Made by a program: the position numbers and the translations under genes. Below the pieces are notes generated by a model, which was given only the letters and a program-made list of their open reading frames with translations, did no database searches and had not been told where the DNA came from. Positions 12,663 through 26,248 of a stretch of DNA of 64,000 nt are shown here, piece after piece (position 1 is the stretch's first letter; every line of letters begins with the position of its first letter). Origin of the DNA: Hydrolagus affinis (lineage: Eukaryota); assembly GCA_012026655.1 (NCBI GenBank), contig JAAILG010000151.1, positions 1 to 64,000 on the forward strand, read 5' to 3'.

Positions 12663-15248
12663 ATCTTAAACAACACCAGGCATTTGAAATTTGCCCTCAC
12701 TTTAGTTAGACTGACATTGTAAGAGTAAATTTACTATCAGTTATGAATGTCTCTCTTTCCATTGTACATTATTAAGTGCTTCACGGTTCTCTGCAACTGT
12801 AACCTTAACATTGTTGCATATACTTAGTATACATATACATAGAAGTATTACATGGAATTATGTTTTGATGCACAACAAATCAGATGGTATTCATACCATC
12901 GCCCACAAAATACACACAGTAGCACCATCCTCTGGTATATCCTCTGAAGAGCTTTGTGATGTCTCAACAACATAAGGCACTGTATCAAATATAGAGATTT
13001 TAAAACTATACTTATAATCTGTTAGCTTTTTCCCCTGTACTCAGCGAGCTGCAGGCTTGTGTTCCACTTCATTCTGTTGTCTACGAATTTGACCAATATT
13101 CTCAGCTGAATGTATAATGGAAGACTTTATAGTCGAAACACAAGACTTATTGAGTTTTCTTGCATTAATAGTAGCATCAGAGTTTAAGTCACCAAAATAT
13201 AATAGTAATTGAAGTTGGATGTGAGAGACTACTAAAACATAACTACAGATAAATTGAATCTATTACGTGAAACTTTTTGTCAATATCGCTTACATCTGCC
13301 GTGCTTCCATCAAGTTTAAATGTTTTCAATTTCACGTCTGTCAATTTCCTCCAGTCACAATCACTTTGTTAAATCTAAATGATCTCTGTCTCATTCTTTG
13401 GCTTTGAATTGTATAGATCCATCATCTCAAGTGAATGCTTTATTGCTGGCAAATACTGCTGTGAAACTATTTTCTCGTTCATGCCTTGAACGTTTAAATG
13501 TCTGCTTTCTCCTGGAGTGCTGCACATATATTTTAATCTGTAGATTGTATATTTATCCTTCTCTTTAATGGACGCACTCCAAATTCATGTTGCTTCCAAC
13601 CACTTCATAGCTTCTGCTTTCTCAGAGTAAGATGGATCACTACACTGTAATCAACAAGCTCCAACACTGCTCTGTAACTGACCCATAAGAACGTGTGCTA
13701 CTGCTTGACTTGGTGCTTGATTCTCAGCAACTTTTTCTACCCAAGGTAAAACTTTCAGCAGATGCTCTCGAATGAGTAACAAGCTGAGGGGAAGCACCAG
13801 AATTCTCCGGTAATGTTAAGGATAACAGTGCTCAGAATTCACTGGGTAATCAGGATGATGGAGGCGAAACTGTGTCGCCAATGCCATTCAGGAGAGAGTC
13901 AACCATTGCCTTCCATCTTGTTGAAATGTCAGAGCAACGAAAGGAGAACTGAGAATTTGCTTCCGTGTATTAGAACCTCAATGCATTAACAGCTGAAAAT
14001 AATGAATATAGCTGTTCACCTTAAACATGAACAAGAATGGTGACATCCATACATATGAACAGAGCTATATAATATATCATTAGTTAGAATAGAGCATCAT
14101 TCATGTTATAAACTCCCGTCTTTTATGTGCATTCACTTTATCTAACAAGGTCTCAGGTGTAATGAGAACAAACAATCCAACAGAGAGAATTAGGAAATGG
14201 GCTTCTTTGGAAATTCCCTCTCCCCAAACTAATGAGCTGGTGTATAAGACAATCCAATTAGAGTGTGTTTTGATGTTCCCATTTAATTAACTATCTAATA
14301 TTCATGTTTTGCAAATGATGCAGTTAGACTTTGAGTAAATGAGTTGTGTGAGCAACAGTAGAAATCTACACCATCCATCATACAGGTGCCACCTATATTA
14401 ATATAAAATGATGATGCGAAAACTGGCTTTACCTTATCACAGTTGAATGTTTAATCTCTGTCTGTATATCTGTGGCTATCATTAATTGGATTTAATTGTT
14501 TTCTGAGCAAAATTTGCGCACTTGCCAGTTCTGCCCTGGTGGCTAGATAGCTACCGGCTTGTCCAGGCCCATGCCATGGTTCTCGAGCAGAGGAGAGATT
14601 GCAGTTCCAGTGGAGTCACATCTAAGCCAAGCCTGGAATTTGACTTCACTATCTGGGCCATTAGAGAGCAAAATGCCCTCCACCAGTTCAGGGCATCACT
14701 CACTGAGATGTCAGGTCAGCCTTTTGACACTTTTCTCCGCACCTCTTGGGCTATGACCTCCCTCATTCTAGCCTTGATCCTGACTCCGTTTATTGTTATC
14801 TGACCTGAAACTTCCAATGCATTTTTATTACTAAAAAAAATACATAATTTGATTAATTGGATTACATGCTTTTACGCAAACAGAGTGGCTGCACTCGAGT
14901 GCCTCTAAACGTAAAGGTAAAATGCATTATGGGGCCTGATTCTTTATCATTGTAAAAAGCTTCAGTGGCAGATGGAGAAAGACCAGATTTCCATTCTAGA
15001 TTCTGAATCTCTACAAAATCACATTTCCAGTTTTGAAACGGAAATATTTTGTCCACAATTAAGCCAAAATATAATTTGCACAGTGTGATTAACTGTAATG
15101 CTGTGTAATGTAAGCCAATTTCAAAATAGCATTTACTGATAATGTGGAGGTGTTGTCGTCTATTGGTGCTTTCTGTTGCATTTCTCCCTCTCAGCCTCTC
15201 CCCCCCCACCCCCACCCCCATTTCATGAGAGAGCTGTATGCAGCTGCA

Positions 15249-15308
15249 TGAAGTGCTATGGGTCGTCCAAACATGAAAGGCGTTATCTAAATTTGCTATA
15301 TTTATATT
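15249..15308 (+). mobile_element. Isolated L2/SINE 3' tail remnant
   Basis: tgaagtgctatgggtcgtccaaacatgaaaggcgttatctaaat. Confidence 0.65.
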
Positions 15309-16271
15309 TCTGTTATTGGCTTGTCAAATTTACTATTATCTTCTATCGGAACTCTTGATAAGCTTATTGCGAGAGCAAGCTGCCAATTTGTGGCATGTTT
15401 TAATGTTGCTAAGCTGTAGCTATAATAGAAAAGCAATAGACTAATTCAGAAACTAGTAGCCTACCGCGGAACTCAATAATACCAATGGGTTTCTCATTTT
15501 AATGAGGAAAGCGGAGAAGATAGGGAGGAAAAAACATGCAGCCATGCAGCCAGGGTAATGGATTAAATGGAGAAAAAGTCAAGAAGATTGGCAGACTTGA
15601 TCGCCTGTTGTTCCCAGCGGAGAGAAACCACCAGACCTCAAGTCCAAATAAGGTTATGTTAGTCTGCCCTTTGCAAAGAGCTACGTGCACAATTGTTTGT
15701 AGCTGGTACTGTAGGGAGGTTTGATTATACTGCTTGTGAGTTCAGGATGCTGTTGGGATCTGAGTGGTAGTATGAGTATCTCTCCATCGTAGATTAGTGG
15801 CTGTGGTTGCTAAGAGTGGAATGTCACGTAGAGAAGAAGGCTATAAGGTCAGTGTAGCCTGTCTCAGCAAGTCTTACTGAAGCTTGCAATAAAAGCACTG
15901 TAGGATTGTTCTGTGATGGGCTGCGACTGCAGTACAGAATACTTAGTGTGGGCAGGATTGCCGCAAGGAATATAACATTTAAACCCTTGTGCCCTTTTGG
16001 ATATCAAAGTAAGATTCATATCGCGTGGTTGATTTTAATTATGCCCAATTTAAATGAATAGTCAAATTAAACAATTTCAGTTTCATAACATCAAATTCAG
16101 TCAAAACTGCAAGTTTTTGTTGCGCTTATTTAGATGACATAATCTCTGGGACCCATCAAACATTTACAACATGGGAAAAAAATGCTGGCAAATTCGTTTT
16201 TTTTAAATACTAATAAACCTTACGTTTAATATCGCTTATAACGACAAAGCATCTTTCTGAAAGCACTTAAG

Positions 16272-16325
16272 AACAACAAAATTACATTTGTATAGCGCTA
16301 TTCACGTCAGGATGCTATCAAGTGT
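16272..16325 (-). mobile_element. Isolated L2 3' tail remnant
   Basis: aacaacaaaattacatttgtatagcgctattcacgtcagga, the reverse complement of the type-1 tail. Confidence 0.8.
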
Positions 16326-17300
16326 AGTAACTATTTGTTTACATATCAAGCAGGAAATTTATGCATAATGGCGTTAACGTGAGTGACCATGTTATCAGAA
16401 AGAGAATGGCAAGATCTTAATATGAGCAAAATTAGAGCATTTTGAGAGCTGTATTGCCACTCATTGCTGAGAGATAAGTGATTTGCAAAGGCTACAATCT
16501 CATCCTTTCCAAAAACCGCAAAGCCGGTGTTGAGGCACACTCTGATGAGTTTATGTATAATTTGATTTTAAGGGATAAACTATTTGGCATGAGGGGTTAA
16601 TAATTAGCACAATACATTTCCATTATTCTGCACGATTTCTGATTGACTGGATCACACTGTATATATCAGCCATTAGATCACCTTGCCCTCATCTGACAGA
16701 TGAGCAAATGAGGATTGTAACTTCAAATGAAATACTGGGTTTTGCAGGAAGGTGATAGCTTCACTGCAGGCTCAAATTACACCATTCGTTTATACAGTGA
16801 TGTTTTCTACTTAAGAAGAGACTCTGAGGGACTGATTAAGCGTAATTGGAGCATGATAAAATGCAGAGAAGTGTCACTTAATGGATGTGGTTCATTTAAT
16901 TGTAGACTACTTGGAACACCCAAGAAATGCTTAAATTCTCTCTCTCCTGTAACTGACAAGCAGTGCTTTAATTGGTCTTCTGAATGGTTATAATTAACCT
17001 GATTGCTCAGAGGAAGGAGCTACATTTTATTTGTATTGGGAGCTGCTGACACTAAATTGCTTTCGCCTCAGTCTCATGATTTTGAACCAAATTTAATGAA
17101 ATTTGTTCAAAAGTTTCCTCCTGTGGACTTGGCTGCCTTTAACGAATAGAAACTGAAGGCTCCTGCGCCAGCGCCTTGTTTTTGTCATAATTCCTGTTCG
17201 TCTTATTAAGGAATTCTTCTTCACTTTGGAATTGCTTTGGAGCTGTTTGGGTTGCAGTGCTCACAAAAGGTCCTCAGCTCCGGTCTGACGCAGTAACTAT

Positions 17301-17364
17301 CCAGCACCTTGGGACGTCCTCCTGATGTGAAAGGCGCTATACAAATGTAATTTTGTTGTTGTTG
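17301..17364 (+). mobile_element. Isolated L2 3' tail (type 1)
   Basis: agcaccttgggacgtcctcctgatgtgaaaggcgctatacaaatgtaattttgttgttgttg. Confidence 0.85.
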
Positions 17365-18509
17365 TCACAGTGGTCATTTGCACTCATATGTACAAGTGAA
17401 CCCAACTCCCCTCATTGCCTACCCCCTAATGTTTGCCTAATGGCTGAGACTCAGATGTTTTTTCTGAGGAGAATCGTGTGTGACATCCTGTCGCTAGTCC
17501 AGCTTTGTGCTTTGTGTCACTGCTGCATCTTGCCACATTACCAGCTTAGAACCCTTTGCAAGTCTTAAATTGACCCACCATGATCCACGTCAATGGGCTG
17601 AGTTACCCAGAATGGTTGAATAGGTAAACGGCATTATTTATTGTGAGCTTTATCAATGGAGAAGCTGGTTATTAACACCTCATCTTGTGAGGTTTTCAAG
17701 CAGTTGGAAGATCAGTGACTTCTGGCTTCGGAGAGGATTGTGTTTGATTATTTCATTTGATGATATGTTGAATTCCTGTATGAATAAGTCATGTTCACCA
17801 ATTTGACGTACAATTAAACTGCAGCTCTGAAATGAAGCCAAGGCATTTGTGAATCTTGGTTGGCAGTCAAGTGTGTTTGGCTGCACTAATCATTTTGAGA
17901 AGCTGCTGTGGGTCAAATGTCTGCTCATTAAAATCCAGGGCAGCTTGTGTCTTCAGTGCCTGACCACAACTTAATTGAGAACATTGAACAGCTGGGTTTG
18001 CGAAAGGCCTTATCGACGTTTTGAATAAAGCAGCAATAGGTCCCATTTCTCACCCATGTACAATAATATGACAGAACATGTGTGATTAAAGGACAAATGT
18101 ACTCAAATTGTAGTGAAACAGTTCCAGTCCGTTCTTCTCCCTCCACACCAGCTTGAGCAGCTTTTTCACGGGGTAACTGTGGAAGCAATGCCTTAGATTG
18201 CTCTCCTCATCTTTCCCCTATGCAGTTTCTGTGATCTTTGTTCAGAGGTTTACCCCTATAGCCACAACATTCGGGTGGAAGTTCACTCTGAGTAAATACT
18301 GTGAAATCGTAGGCTTCACACAGTGAGATATACATATTTCAGTTCTTTTGAGCTGTGAATTGAGATCCAAGTTGAGGATCTTTGTATGAATCTCTCTGAT
18401 GATAATCCTCGTATTTCAATTGGTACCTTATGTTTGTCAAAGAGCTGCATGGATTTCCTGTAAAGTTATTGGCTGTGCATTTCTTATGTTTCTCTCTCAC
18501 CCTCCCCAC

Positions 18510-18618
18510 GACCCAGTCAGTATTCTTCCACGTGATATACAGTAGTGATTTGAAGCGCTGTGAGACATCTAGAAGACATGAAAAGCGCTATATCAAATCT
18601 AAAGATTGTTATTATTGT
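18510..18618 (+). mobile_element. SINE 3' tail fragment
   Basis: gaagcgctgtgagacatctagaagacatgaaaagcgctatatcaaatctaaagattgttattattg. Confidence 0.8.
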
Positions 18619-19275
18619 TTTAGAATAATGTACTTTCTACTGTATTTGGTTCTCAGCAACAGGAAATTAATATTTATACCAACAGAAGATGTGAATGAAA
18701 TGGAAAAGTTAAATTGTTTGGCCAAGCAAACTCTGTAGTCAATAGATGAATCATCCTGGTTAATAATCTACCATAAAAGCAATGTTGCTGGGTTTTCCTT
18801 GCAGTCTTATCGCTTATCAGTGTTACTAATATGTGTGCTTTTTGCTTTTCAATAACTTGTCAATTGTAAAATAATTTATACGCTTGCAGATTGATGAAGT
18901 GCATTGAACCAAATTAAAAGTATAATTTTAGGGGCAGAACCGCCATAAACTCAAAGTTCAAGTTGCGATGACACTGGCCAGCAGAGTATAAAGTATCCGG
19001 GAAGTTCAGTTGCTTGTGACATGGTGGTTTCTTCCATAATGCTAGTGGTTATACAATATTCAGGCATATCCATTATACAGTGCCACAATTTTTATATCAG
19101 CCGCTAATAGAATCTGTGACTTATACATCTTAACAAATAATAAGCTTTTAAAAAGCCTAGACGTACACAATAGCAGGTAGAGGGAACAGAGGGATTTGTA
19201 AGAACATGATTCAGTGGCAGCGAGTTTGTGTCTCAACATGTTGAAATAGGTTAAGTTGTTTTGTTCGCTTTAATT

Positions 19276-19345
19276 CAACAACAACAATAACAACTTTGAT
19301 ATATATCGTGCCCTCCATGCCGGATGGCATCTCAGAGCGCTTCAA
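19276..19345 (-). mobile_element. Isolated L2 3' tail (type 2)
   Basis: Reverse complement reads tgaagcgctctgagatgccatccggcatggagggcacgatatat..(gtt)n. Confidence 0.8.
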
Positions 19346-19925
19346 TTCACCATAGGATTGAGGGGAGGAAAGTATAATTATTTTATTAGACAGATTAACC
19401 CTTCTTCCAATGAAAGGCCAAGAATCGAATTTGAATATACGTGAATATTTATGCCCTAATTTTCCCACCTTGCTCTTTGCCTCCCCATGTGAAAGGCGCT
19501 ATAAAAATGGCATTTGTTGTGTTGCTGCTGCCAGTAAGAATCTCATTTTTAATGTGGTTGGAGTGATTGAGTCATCAATTTACTGGTTCGAGTGATTTTG
19601 GTATTTTGCTCCAAATTGGCTGTCTCACTGGTCTAACTGAGGAGAGCTTAAATCTGTTCCTTTTGCTTTGAGAGTCTTCTACCCTTACATTTAATCAGGT
19701 GAGCAAACTTTTTCTGTGGCACACCTCACTCATTTTGTCCTGTTATCTAAACCTATAGGAATTTTTATATATTTATTGCTTGCAGTATGTTTCCACATTG
19801 CAGGATAATGTGATGTGCAGGCCTTTCCGCAGCCTGTACAAGCTGTGCTTCAAAAAGGCTGTGATTTCAAAACCATGTGGTCCATTTCACCCTTTTGAAG
19901 TCAGCAAAGTTCCATATCAAATAGT

Positions 19926-20237
19926 CAACAGCAACTTGCATTTTTATAGTGCCCTTCACACAGGGTAGTGTCCTAGTGTGTGACTGTTGTGGAGCGCCAG
20001 GCCAAGTCAGGGGGAAGGCATGGTCGAAGGGGAGTGTTTTCAAATGTTACCTGAAAAATGGGGAATGAGAGAGAGAGAGTTCCAGAGTTTCAGGCCATAG
20101 TAGCTGAAAGCGCAGAGAGCATTATCCTACTGGGAAACACAAGCAGCTAAATACTTTATCAGTTAACAACGACAAACAAAGCAAAATTACATTTATAGAG
20201 CGCCTTTCACGTCAGGAGGACGTCCCAAGTCGCTTAA
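19926..20237 (-). mobile_element. Two adjacent L2 3' fragments (about 19926-20112 and 20166-20237)
   Basis: caacagcaacttgcatttttatagtgccctt..ggggaaggcatggtcgaagg..gagttccagag, and aaaattacatttatagagcgcctttcacgtcaggaggacgtcccaag. Confidence 0.8.
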
Positions 20238-21917
20238 CGATACGCAAGTGCTACATTTGTTGTAATATCACCCGGTAATTTCAAAAACAGGAATCTACTA
20301 GCATCTTTTGTGTGACATTTTGACTGTTTTTGAATGATTTCCACAAGTCTCGTTTGGAATATCTTGAGTTGATCATATTTCTTGTTTAGTCATGTTGCAG
20401 CAGAATGTGAAATCCAGTGGGTAATAAATGAGACTGCGGCAGACTTGGTCCAAACATCCTATAAATGCCCTCTGTGTCCTTGATGAGCACAATTTTGTGC
20501 AGTAAAAACATTTTGGTAAGAAAGCAGATACAATGATACGGAACTGAATTATCACAGCCGCAATAAAATATCTTTATTGGTTTATTTTCATGCAGGTCCT
20601 GTCATTATCAGTTGGTAAAGTTATAAGCGCATGAATGTTTATTAAAGCAGCGATTATCTCCACTCAGGAATAGCACGTCAGGGTGATAAAGTGCATGGAT
20701 TCAGCTTACACCCTCTACTGTACAACAGGCCTCAAGTACTAAGATTTTAATGGACTTTACTGTTTACTTAGACTTTACTAAGCCATTCTCTTTCACCTGT
20801 TTTTCTTCCCCAAACTTTGTACTGTCAACACACCCATTCACACCAATGTTGCTATATGTGCTGTTAATTGCTGTGTTCCAGTTTGAAATGCACTGACCAC
20901 AAGCCTGCCTTGTTGAAGTCTAGTCTGGATATAAGCTTCTTTCTCCCCATTGTTTCAGTTGTTAATGACTAATTTCTGCTGTAGTCGGTAAATAGGAATG
21001 CACTTACACTATTGAAATAATTCCTTTAAAACAAACAAATAGATTTCAACACTGAAAGCCCAGCCTTGGAGGGCAATCATTGACTGACTGCTTTTCCAGT
21101 TTACTTCATTGTAATTGTGTAGAATGAATGCATGCGAGGATAGTTGACTGTTGTGAAGAAATGTTGTCTTGAGCCAAGAGCCATATTCCTTGTAAATGTG
21201 CTGCTCTGTGTATCAACAAGAGCCTTGTCACGTGTCCATGGTGCACATTATTTGCCTACTTCTTGTATGTACGTGGAGGCTTCCACGGTCTCACACACAC
21301 AACGTCACAGCACCATGATATTAGTCTCATGCCAGCTTTCATAATGTGCAGCACGAGATGGTCGTGATTATTACTCTGGCACTCAAGAATTATTTTAAGT
21401 TTTTGGGGCTGATTCAGCTGCTTTTATTTTATTGAACCATTTTATAGCAAGAATTGCCTTTACCAAGGCAATTTCCTCAGTAAAATTCCAGATCTTTTGA
21501 AAAGATTAAGTTGTATGTTTGTGTCTGTCTAATGGTTGAAATTGTAGAGGAAATATTGCTCACGGGGCAGTATTACAGGGTGTTACTGTAATAAAAGTAT
21601 CTTTGACGACCTGTTGTAAATGATCAGTCTAATAAACGGTATCGGACTGATAGGGTGGATTAACCATGTACTTACTGTTTTGCCTGTTTGCTGTGCGATG
21701 TCATGTGAGACCTAAGATTTAATTTATGCATCGTTTGCTGCTGGATGTAATATTAATGGCCATTGTTCATCATTTGAGTGAATATAAAGGAATGAGAAGG
21801 ACAGTAAGAAAACCACAAACATTTGGACAAGGTATGAATTCCAATATTCCCAAACTAGTCATTTAGTGGGTACTGGACAGGACTATAAAATATCGTTAGA
21901 CTGTTAATAAACTGAGG

Positions 21918-22045
21918 AAAAGCAGAAATCACCGGGAACACTCAGTAGGACAGGCAGCATCTATGGAGAAAAAAGTGAGTCAACATTTCAGGTCAATGAC
22001 CCTCCATCATTTCTGGCTACTTCTGACCCAAAATGTTGAATTTTG
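21918..22045. mobile_element. Penelope-like palindromic element, copy B (right arm truncated)
   Basis: cagaaatcaccgggaacactcagtaggacaggcagcatctatggag..caacatttcaggtcaatgaccctccatca is homologous to the left arms of copies A and C. Confidence 0.7.
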
Positions 22046-22147
22046 GGGAATTTCGCCAGACATCGGGAAAAAAATGTTTTTTTTAATCTCGCCGGTTTTC
22101 GGGAGTTGCCGGCTTTCGTAATTTCGGATTATCGAGGTTTTACTGTA
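22046..22147. mobile_element. Tigger/pogo (Tc1-mariner superfamily) MITE end
   Basis: CpG-rich segment ending ttcggattatcgaggttttactg|ta, the reverse complement of TA|CAGTAAAACCTCGATAATCCG, a typical pogo/Tigger TIR with a TA target. The partner TIR was not confidently found. Confidence 0.7.
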
Positions 22148-23347
22148 TCCCCTTATCTCTTTGATCCTCTCCAACCTGACTACCGCTCGCCCCCTCAGTC
22201 ACATACCGGCTTAATTATCTACTTTTAATGTTTGTGTCATCTTCTTGAACCTAAACTATATCCTTTGGTGTTTGTTCTAAGGAAAAACAAGTTATTTTAA
22301 TGTTGTATGAGTCAGGTTTTATTGGGGATATAGTGGGTGATCTTGGCACCCTATCCTTAGAAAAGCATTGATGCATTTGACAAGATTGACTTGGATTCTT
22401 AAGTTACAACAAGAAACTTATTGAACTGAGCTTGTTTTAATTGTCAACATCATGCGAAGGAAGTAAGGTTGGTCACAAGGCGTTTCCTGGCTGTTTAATT
22501 ATTGTTGAATTTTTACATGCAACTGGGGAGATCACTGCTTGAATACTACTACAACAATAGGAAGCTAAAGAAATAGTGTGTAAAAGGCCGTTTGAGGTAA
22601 GTTTAGTTTAAATTGCATTATTAAAGTAGGAAGATCAACTAATAAATAGAGTAGGTGAAGCAGTAGTTAATAGATAATGAGTTAGGACTTGGGCCCAGCG
22701 CCATGTGAATGGGAGCAGCTTGTACAGGTAAACAGTGGCCTTATGGTTGGATCAAAACATTCAGGGCAGAGGTAAGACTATAAATCCAGCTCATAAATTC
22801 CCACAGGCTTCCATTATTGCCACATTTAATTGGTATAACTGCCATACCATAGTGGCTTATCAGCTGCTGTTCTAGTGATTGTTTGGTTTAGATAAGGACA
22901 GAAGCCTGATAAAATGCTGATAACATTATTAGAAGAGACATTTTGAAATTCTTTGCATCATTACCCTCCATGCGGCCCACTGTACTTGTTGGATACTCGG
23001 GAGCTCTTGTTTCTCCCACATTATGGAATTTCTCAGCCATTGACACTGTGCTGGTGCTGTACCAAACCCCTTTTTTGAAGTGAGTGAAGTGAATTGGATC
23101 CCATGAGGGTTTGTTGATCAGACCAGAAGCATGGAAGGGTACAAGGTATTAGCTGATTGTTTAAAGCTGTGTTCGATTTCAGAGGCGCCTGTGAGCTTTA
23201 TAACTCAGTAAAAAAAAGATGTTTCTGACAATTTTAACATGAAAAGCAATTTAGGAAGAAGACTACAGAAGGATGGCTATATTGGAGTCTGGTTTGTTCC
23301 CATAATTTTTTTTGCTGGTTTGAATCTTATTTTGAAGTTATTTTATG

Positions 23348-23400
23348 GCATCCTCCAGACGTGAGAGGTGCTCTACAATTCTAATTTTGTTGTTGTAGTT
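23348..23400 (+). mobile_element. Isolated L2 3' tail remnant
   Basis: gcatcctccagacgtgagaggtgctctacaattctaattttgttgttg. Confidence 0.7.
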
Positions 23401-25055
23401 GCATTAAATAGAGAATAGGATAGCGTTGGGTAGGGATAGGTGAGGAAGCGGTGTGTTCATTGGAATGTTGTGGATGATTGGTTGCTGTGAGATTTTTAGG
23501 TTCTGGAGTTATTGAGTGCGCTCATAGCTCTGACCAGTCAGGAAGTTTCCCAGATTTCCATTGATTGAGTAAATCTCAGTTATTAGCATTTGTGAACTAA
23601 GTCTGTTTGAAGCTCTGCTGGTGTTACAATCTTTGTGGATTGTTTTATATAATGAAACAAGACGGAAAGATCTTGGATTCAATCAAATATGCATTACATT
23701 TCTGAAGGTTTTCTATTGATTAACAATAGACAGCAAAACAAATAACTGGGAAGCTGATCGATCGAGGCAGATTGTCACGTCTTTCCATCTCATTGGGATT
23801 TTGAGCCTCTCAAGGTTGGTTGTTAACATTTGCCTAGTTGGTCCTCGATGTTTATATGTCTTCAGTCCCAAAAGGGAATCATCTTCAGTGGCTCTTTAAG
23901 TTGTAAGATTCTAGATGTTGGGAAAGCTAAAGTCAGTAACAGGGACATTTCTTGTAGGGTTTTTATATGATAAATTGCCTTTTCACTGAGCTGACAATTG
24001 TATTGTTCTGATTTCACACTTGCAATGGGTTGATTCAGCCTAAATAACAGTGAGTCAGCACAGCTGCATTTGTTTGTGACAGCCTGTAAACATCTAATGA
24101 GACCAGGCATGAGACTTAATTATCTGCAGTTTAATGAATATGTTTGTGTTGCAGGATTGTAATTTCACAAGATGCTTATACAAAAAGGAGAAAGAAATCT
24201 AATTACTGAATGGTTCTTTGAGGTTTCCTGTGTTTGCTTCTCTCCAATGTGAGGTTAGCAACAACTCAACCATAGTGGGGTTGAGACTTGTATTATATTG
24301 GTGAGATACTATATCAAATCCTAAGATTATTATTATAGTTTCAAAAAGCTGGTTATAAACTGGACCATGTGACCCTCGATCTACTTTAAATCCAGACTCC
24401 ACTTCTGCTGGGTGTGCTTTGGAGCCTGAGTCAGTTGCAAGCTGGATACAATACTTGAAATCGTTCCAAAGTCGAGTTTCCCCCACCCTTCATGGAAGTT
24501 TGATTCACTTCTTTTAAAAGTAGACAGCATTGCTCAACTGAAAGGGTAGAGCTTTGTTAGCCTCTCATTACGTGGGGAGTGAAATCAGCGCTAAAGATAA
24601 TAATCCTTTTATTCAGTACACCCAGTGCATTTTTTTGGGGGGAGCATGTTTTACTAAATTTAATGCTCCATTGACAAGAGTTTTATTCAGCGAGATCAGA
24701 GACATCTGACGTGGAGCTTCAAATGAAGCAGAAAGCTGCGCAATCAGAGTGAGATCACATGGGGCAGGCTAGAGAGGGCTAGAGCTCAGGGGCATTATAG
24801 GGAACAGCTTGTTCTGAAGAAGAATTCACTCATTTTGGAAGGAACCAAAGCAGCTCCTATGTGGATTAATCCTTAAGTGCAAAACCCTATAGCAAACCGA
24901 CTTGTTGCAAATCTCCCAATGTGTAACAAAGTACAAAACAGCTGATATTAATTAGACTTCTTCCTAGCCCACCTATCATACATACATCAGCTCTCTCCCT
25001 ACATCTATCAGGGTGCTGCCACTTACTCTGCCGTCATTCCTGAGCTGCAGAGGCT

Positions 25056-25102
25056 TCCTCCCTCCATCCCTCCCTCTCTCCATCCCTCCCTCCCTCCCTC
25101 CC
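25056..25102. repeat. (CCCT)n-type pyrimidine repeat
   Basis: cctccctccatccctccctctctccatccctccctccctccctccc. Confidence 0.9.
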
Positions 25103-26207
25103 AGTCAGGGAAAATTCCTACCTGTGGATGTGGAGTTCCAGCACAGATTTGTGTTCCAGCACAGATTCTAACAGTGAAACTTGGCTTTGACTGTCAGTTA
25201 CTGTTAGCCATTTCTTTATGTTAATGAAAGGATATATCAGCTGATAGCCAAACAATCCACCACTGTGCAGCACCGGGCTGTTGGGAGTAGTTGGAGCAGT
25301 AATGAGAGTTCTAAGGGACGAATAGATGCCAGAGACTGTACACATTAACCAAATTGTAAGGACTACATTTTTGTAATCCAATAACCCCAGTGGTCATGCA
25401 TCATTAAATAAATAAAAACTTTTTGGCAAGGAAATTGTTGTTTTTCACCGAGTCACACTGTGCCACAGGCAGGAAAGGCACAGCACAGAGGCTGGCAGAT
25501 GTTTTATGTTGGAATCACTGGGTGGTTTAATTTACTGTCATTAGCTAAATGTTTTATGAATTGCACTGCTGTTTTAAGTACTGAAACCGTGCCAGCCAAC
25601 TCTGTTCCAGAAGCCTTAGTGAGGGGAGAATGCTCCCACTGTGCCTTTTTAATGATTTTTAAAAAAGCATAATGTGCCCAGTAATGAAAACACTTCTGTT
25701 TTTTAACTCCTGGAGTCATCGCAGCATATGAACCCCCTTCCTTATTTTATTCATCCCAGAAAGGTAAATCAGTTCTTATCCAAATAATTGTACACAACAG
25801 AAAAGAGTTCAATTTCACACTAAATCTGAATTCATCTTCAAAAGATTGATTAAGGGAAAGGGCTAATTTTAGTTTGCATTGAAACATTTCAATTTGAAAC
25901 TTTCTGTGCCTGTCTTATTTTATTGCTGTTTTTATGTTCCCTGCTTGAGATGCACTGGAAAGCTGTCATTAATCGCCATAATAGACAGTCATAGCAATCC
26001 CAGCTGCTGGAAACACCATATGGTGAATGAGGCAGTGATGGTGCCCTTGCAGGGACAGAGAGCCAACCAGAGGTAGTTTCTACCTGTTAAGGCAACATTG
26101 CTGGTGGAGGCCCTGCTGACAACTTCTCTATTGGCTAGCTGTCTGGCTCCTGTGGGACTCTCCCCAGCCTTTGGGCTAGGTACTGTGACCAGTAGTTTGA
26201 CTGATGA

Positions 26208-26248
26208 AACAACAACAAAATTACATTTATAGAGCGCCTTTCACTTCG
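26208..26248 (-). mobile_element. Isolated L2 3' tail remnant
   Basis: aacaacaacaaaattacatttatagagcgcctttcac. Confidence 0.8.

Noticed and set aside
25135-25167. Short tandem duplications (gttccagcacagatt x2; also 7143-7162 and 41566-41595) as CRISPR-like or functional arrays
   Set aside because: Only two units each, consistent with ordinary slippage duplications in a eukaryotic intron.
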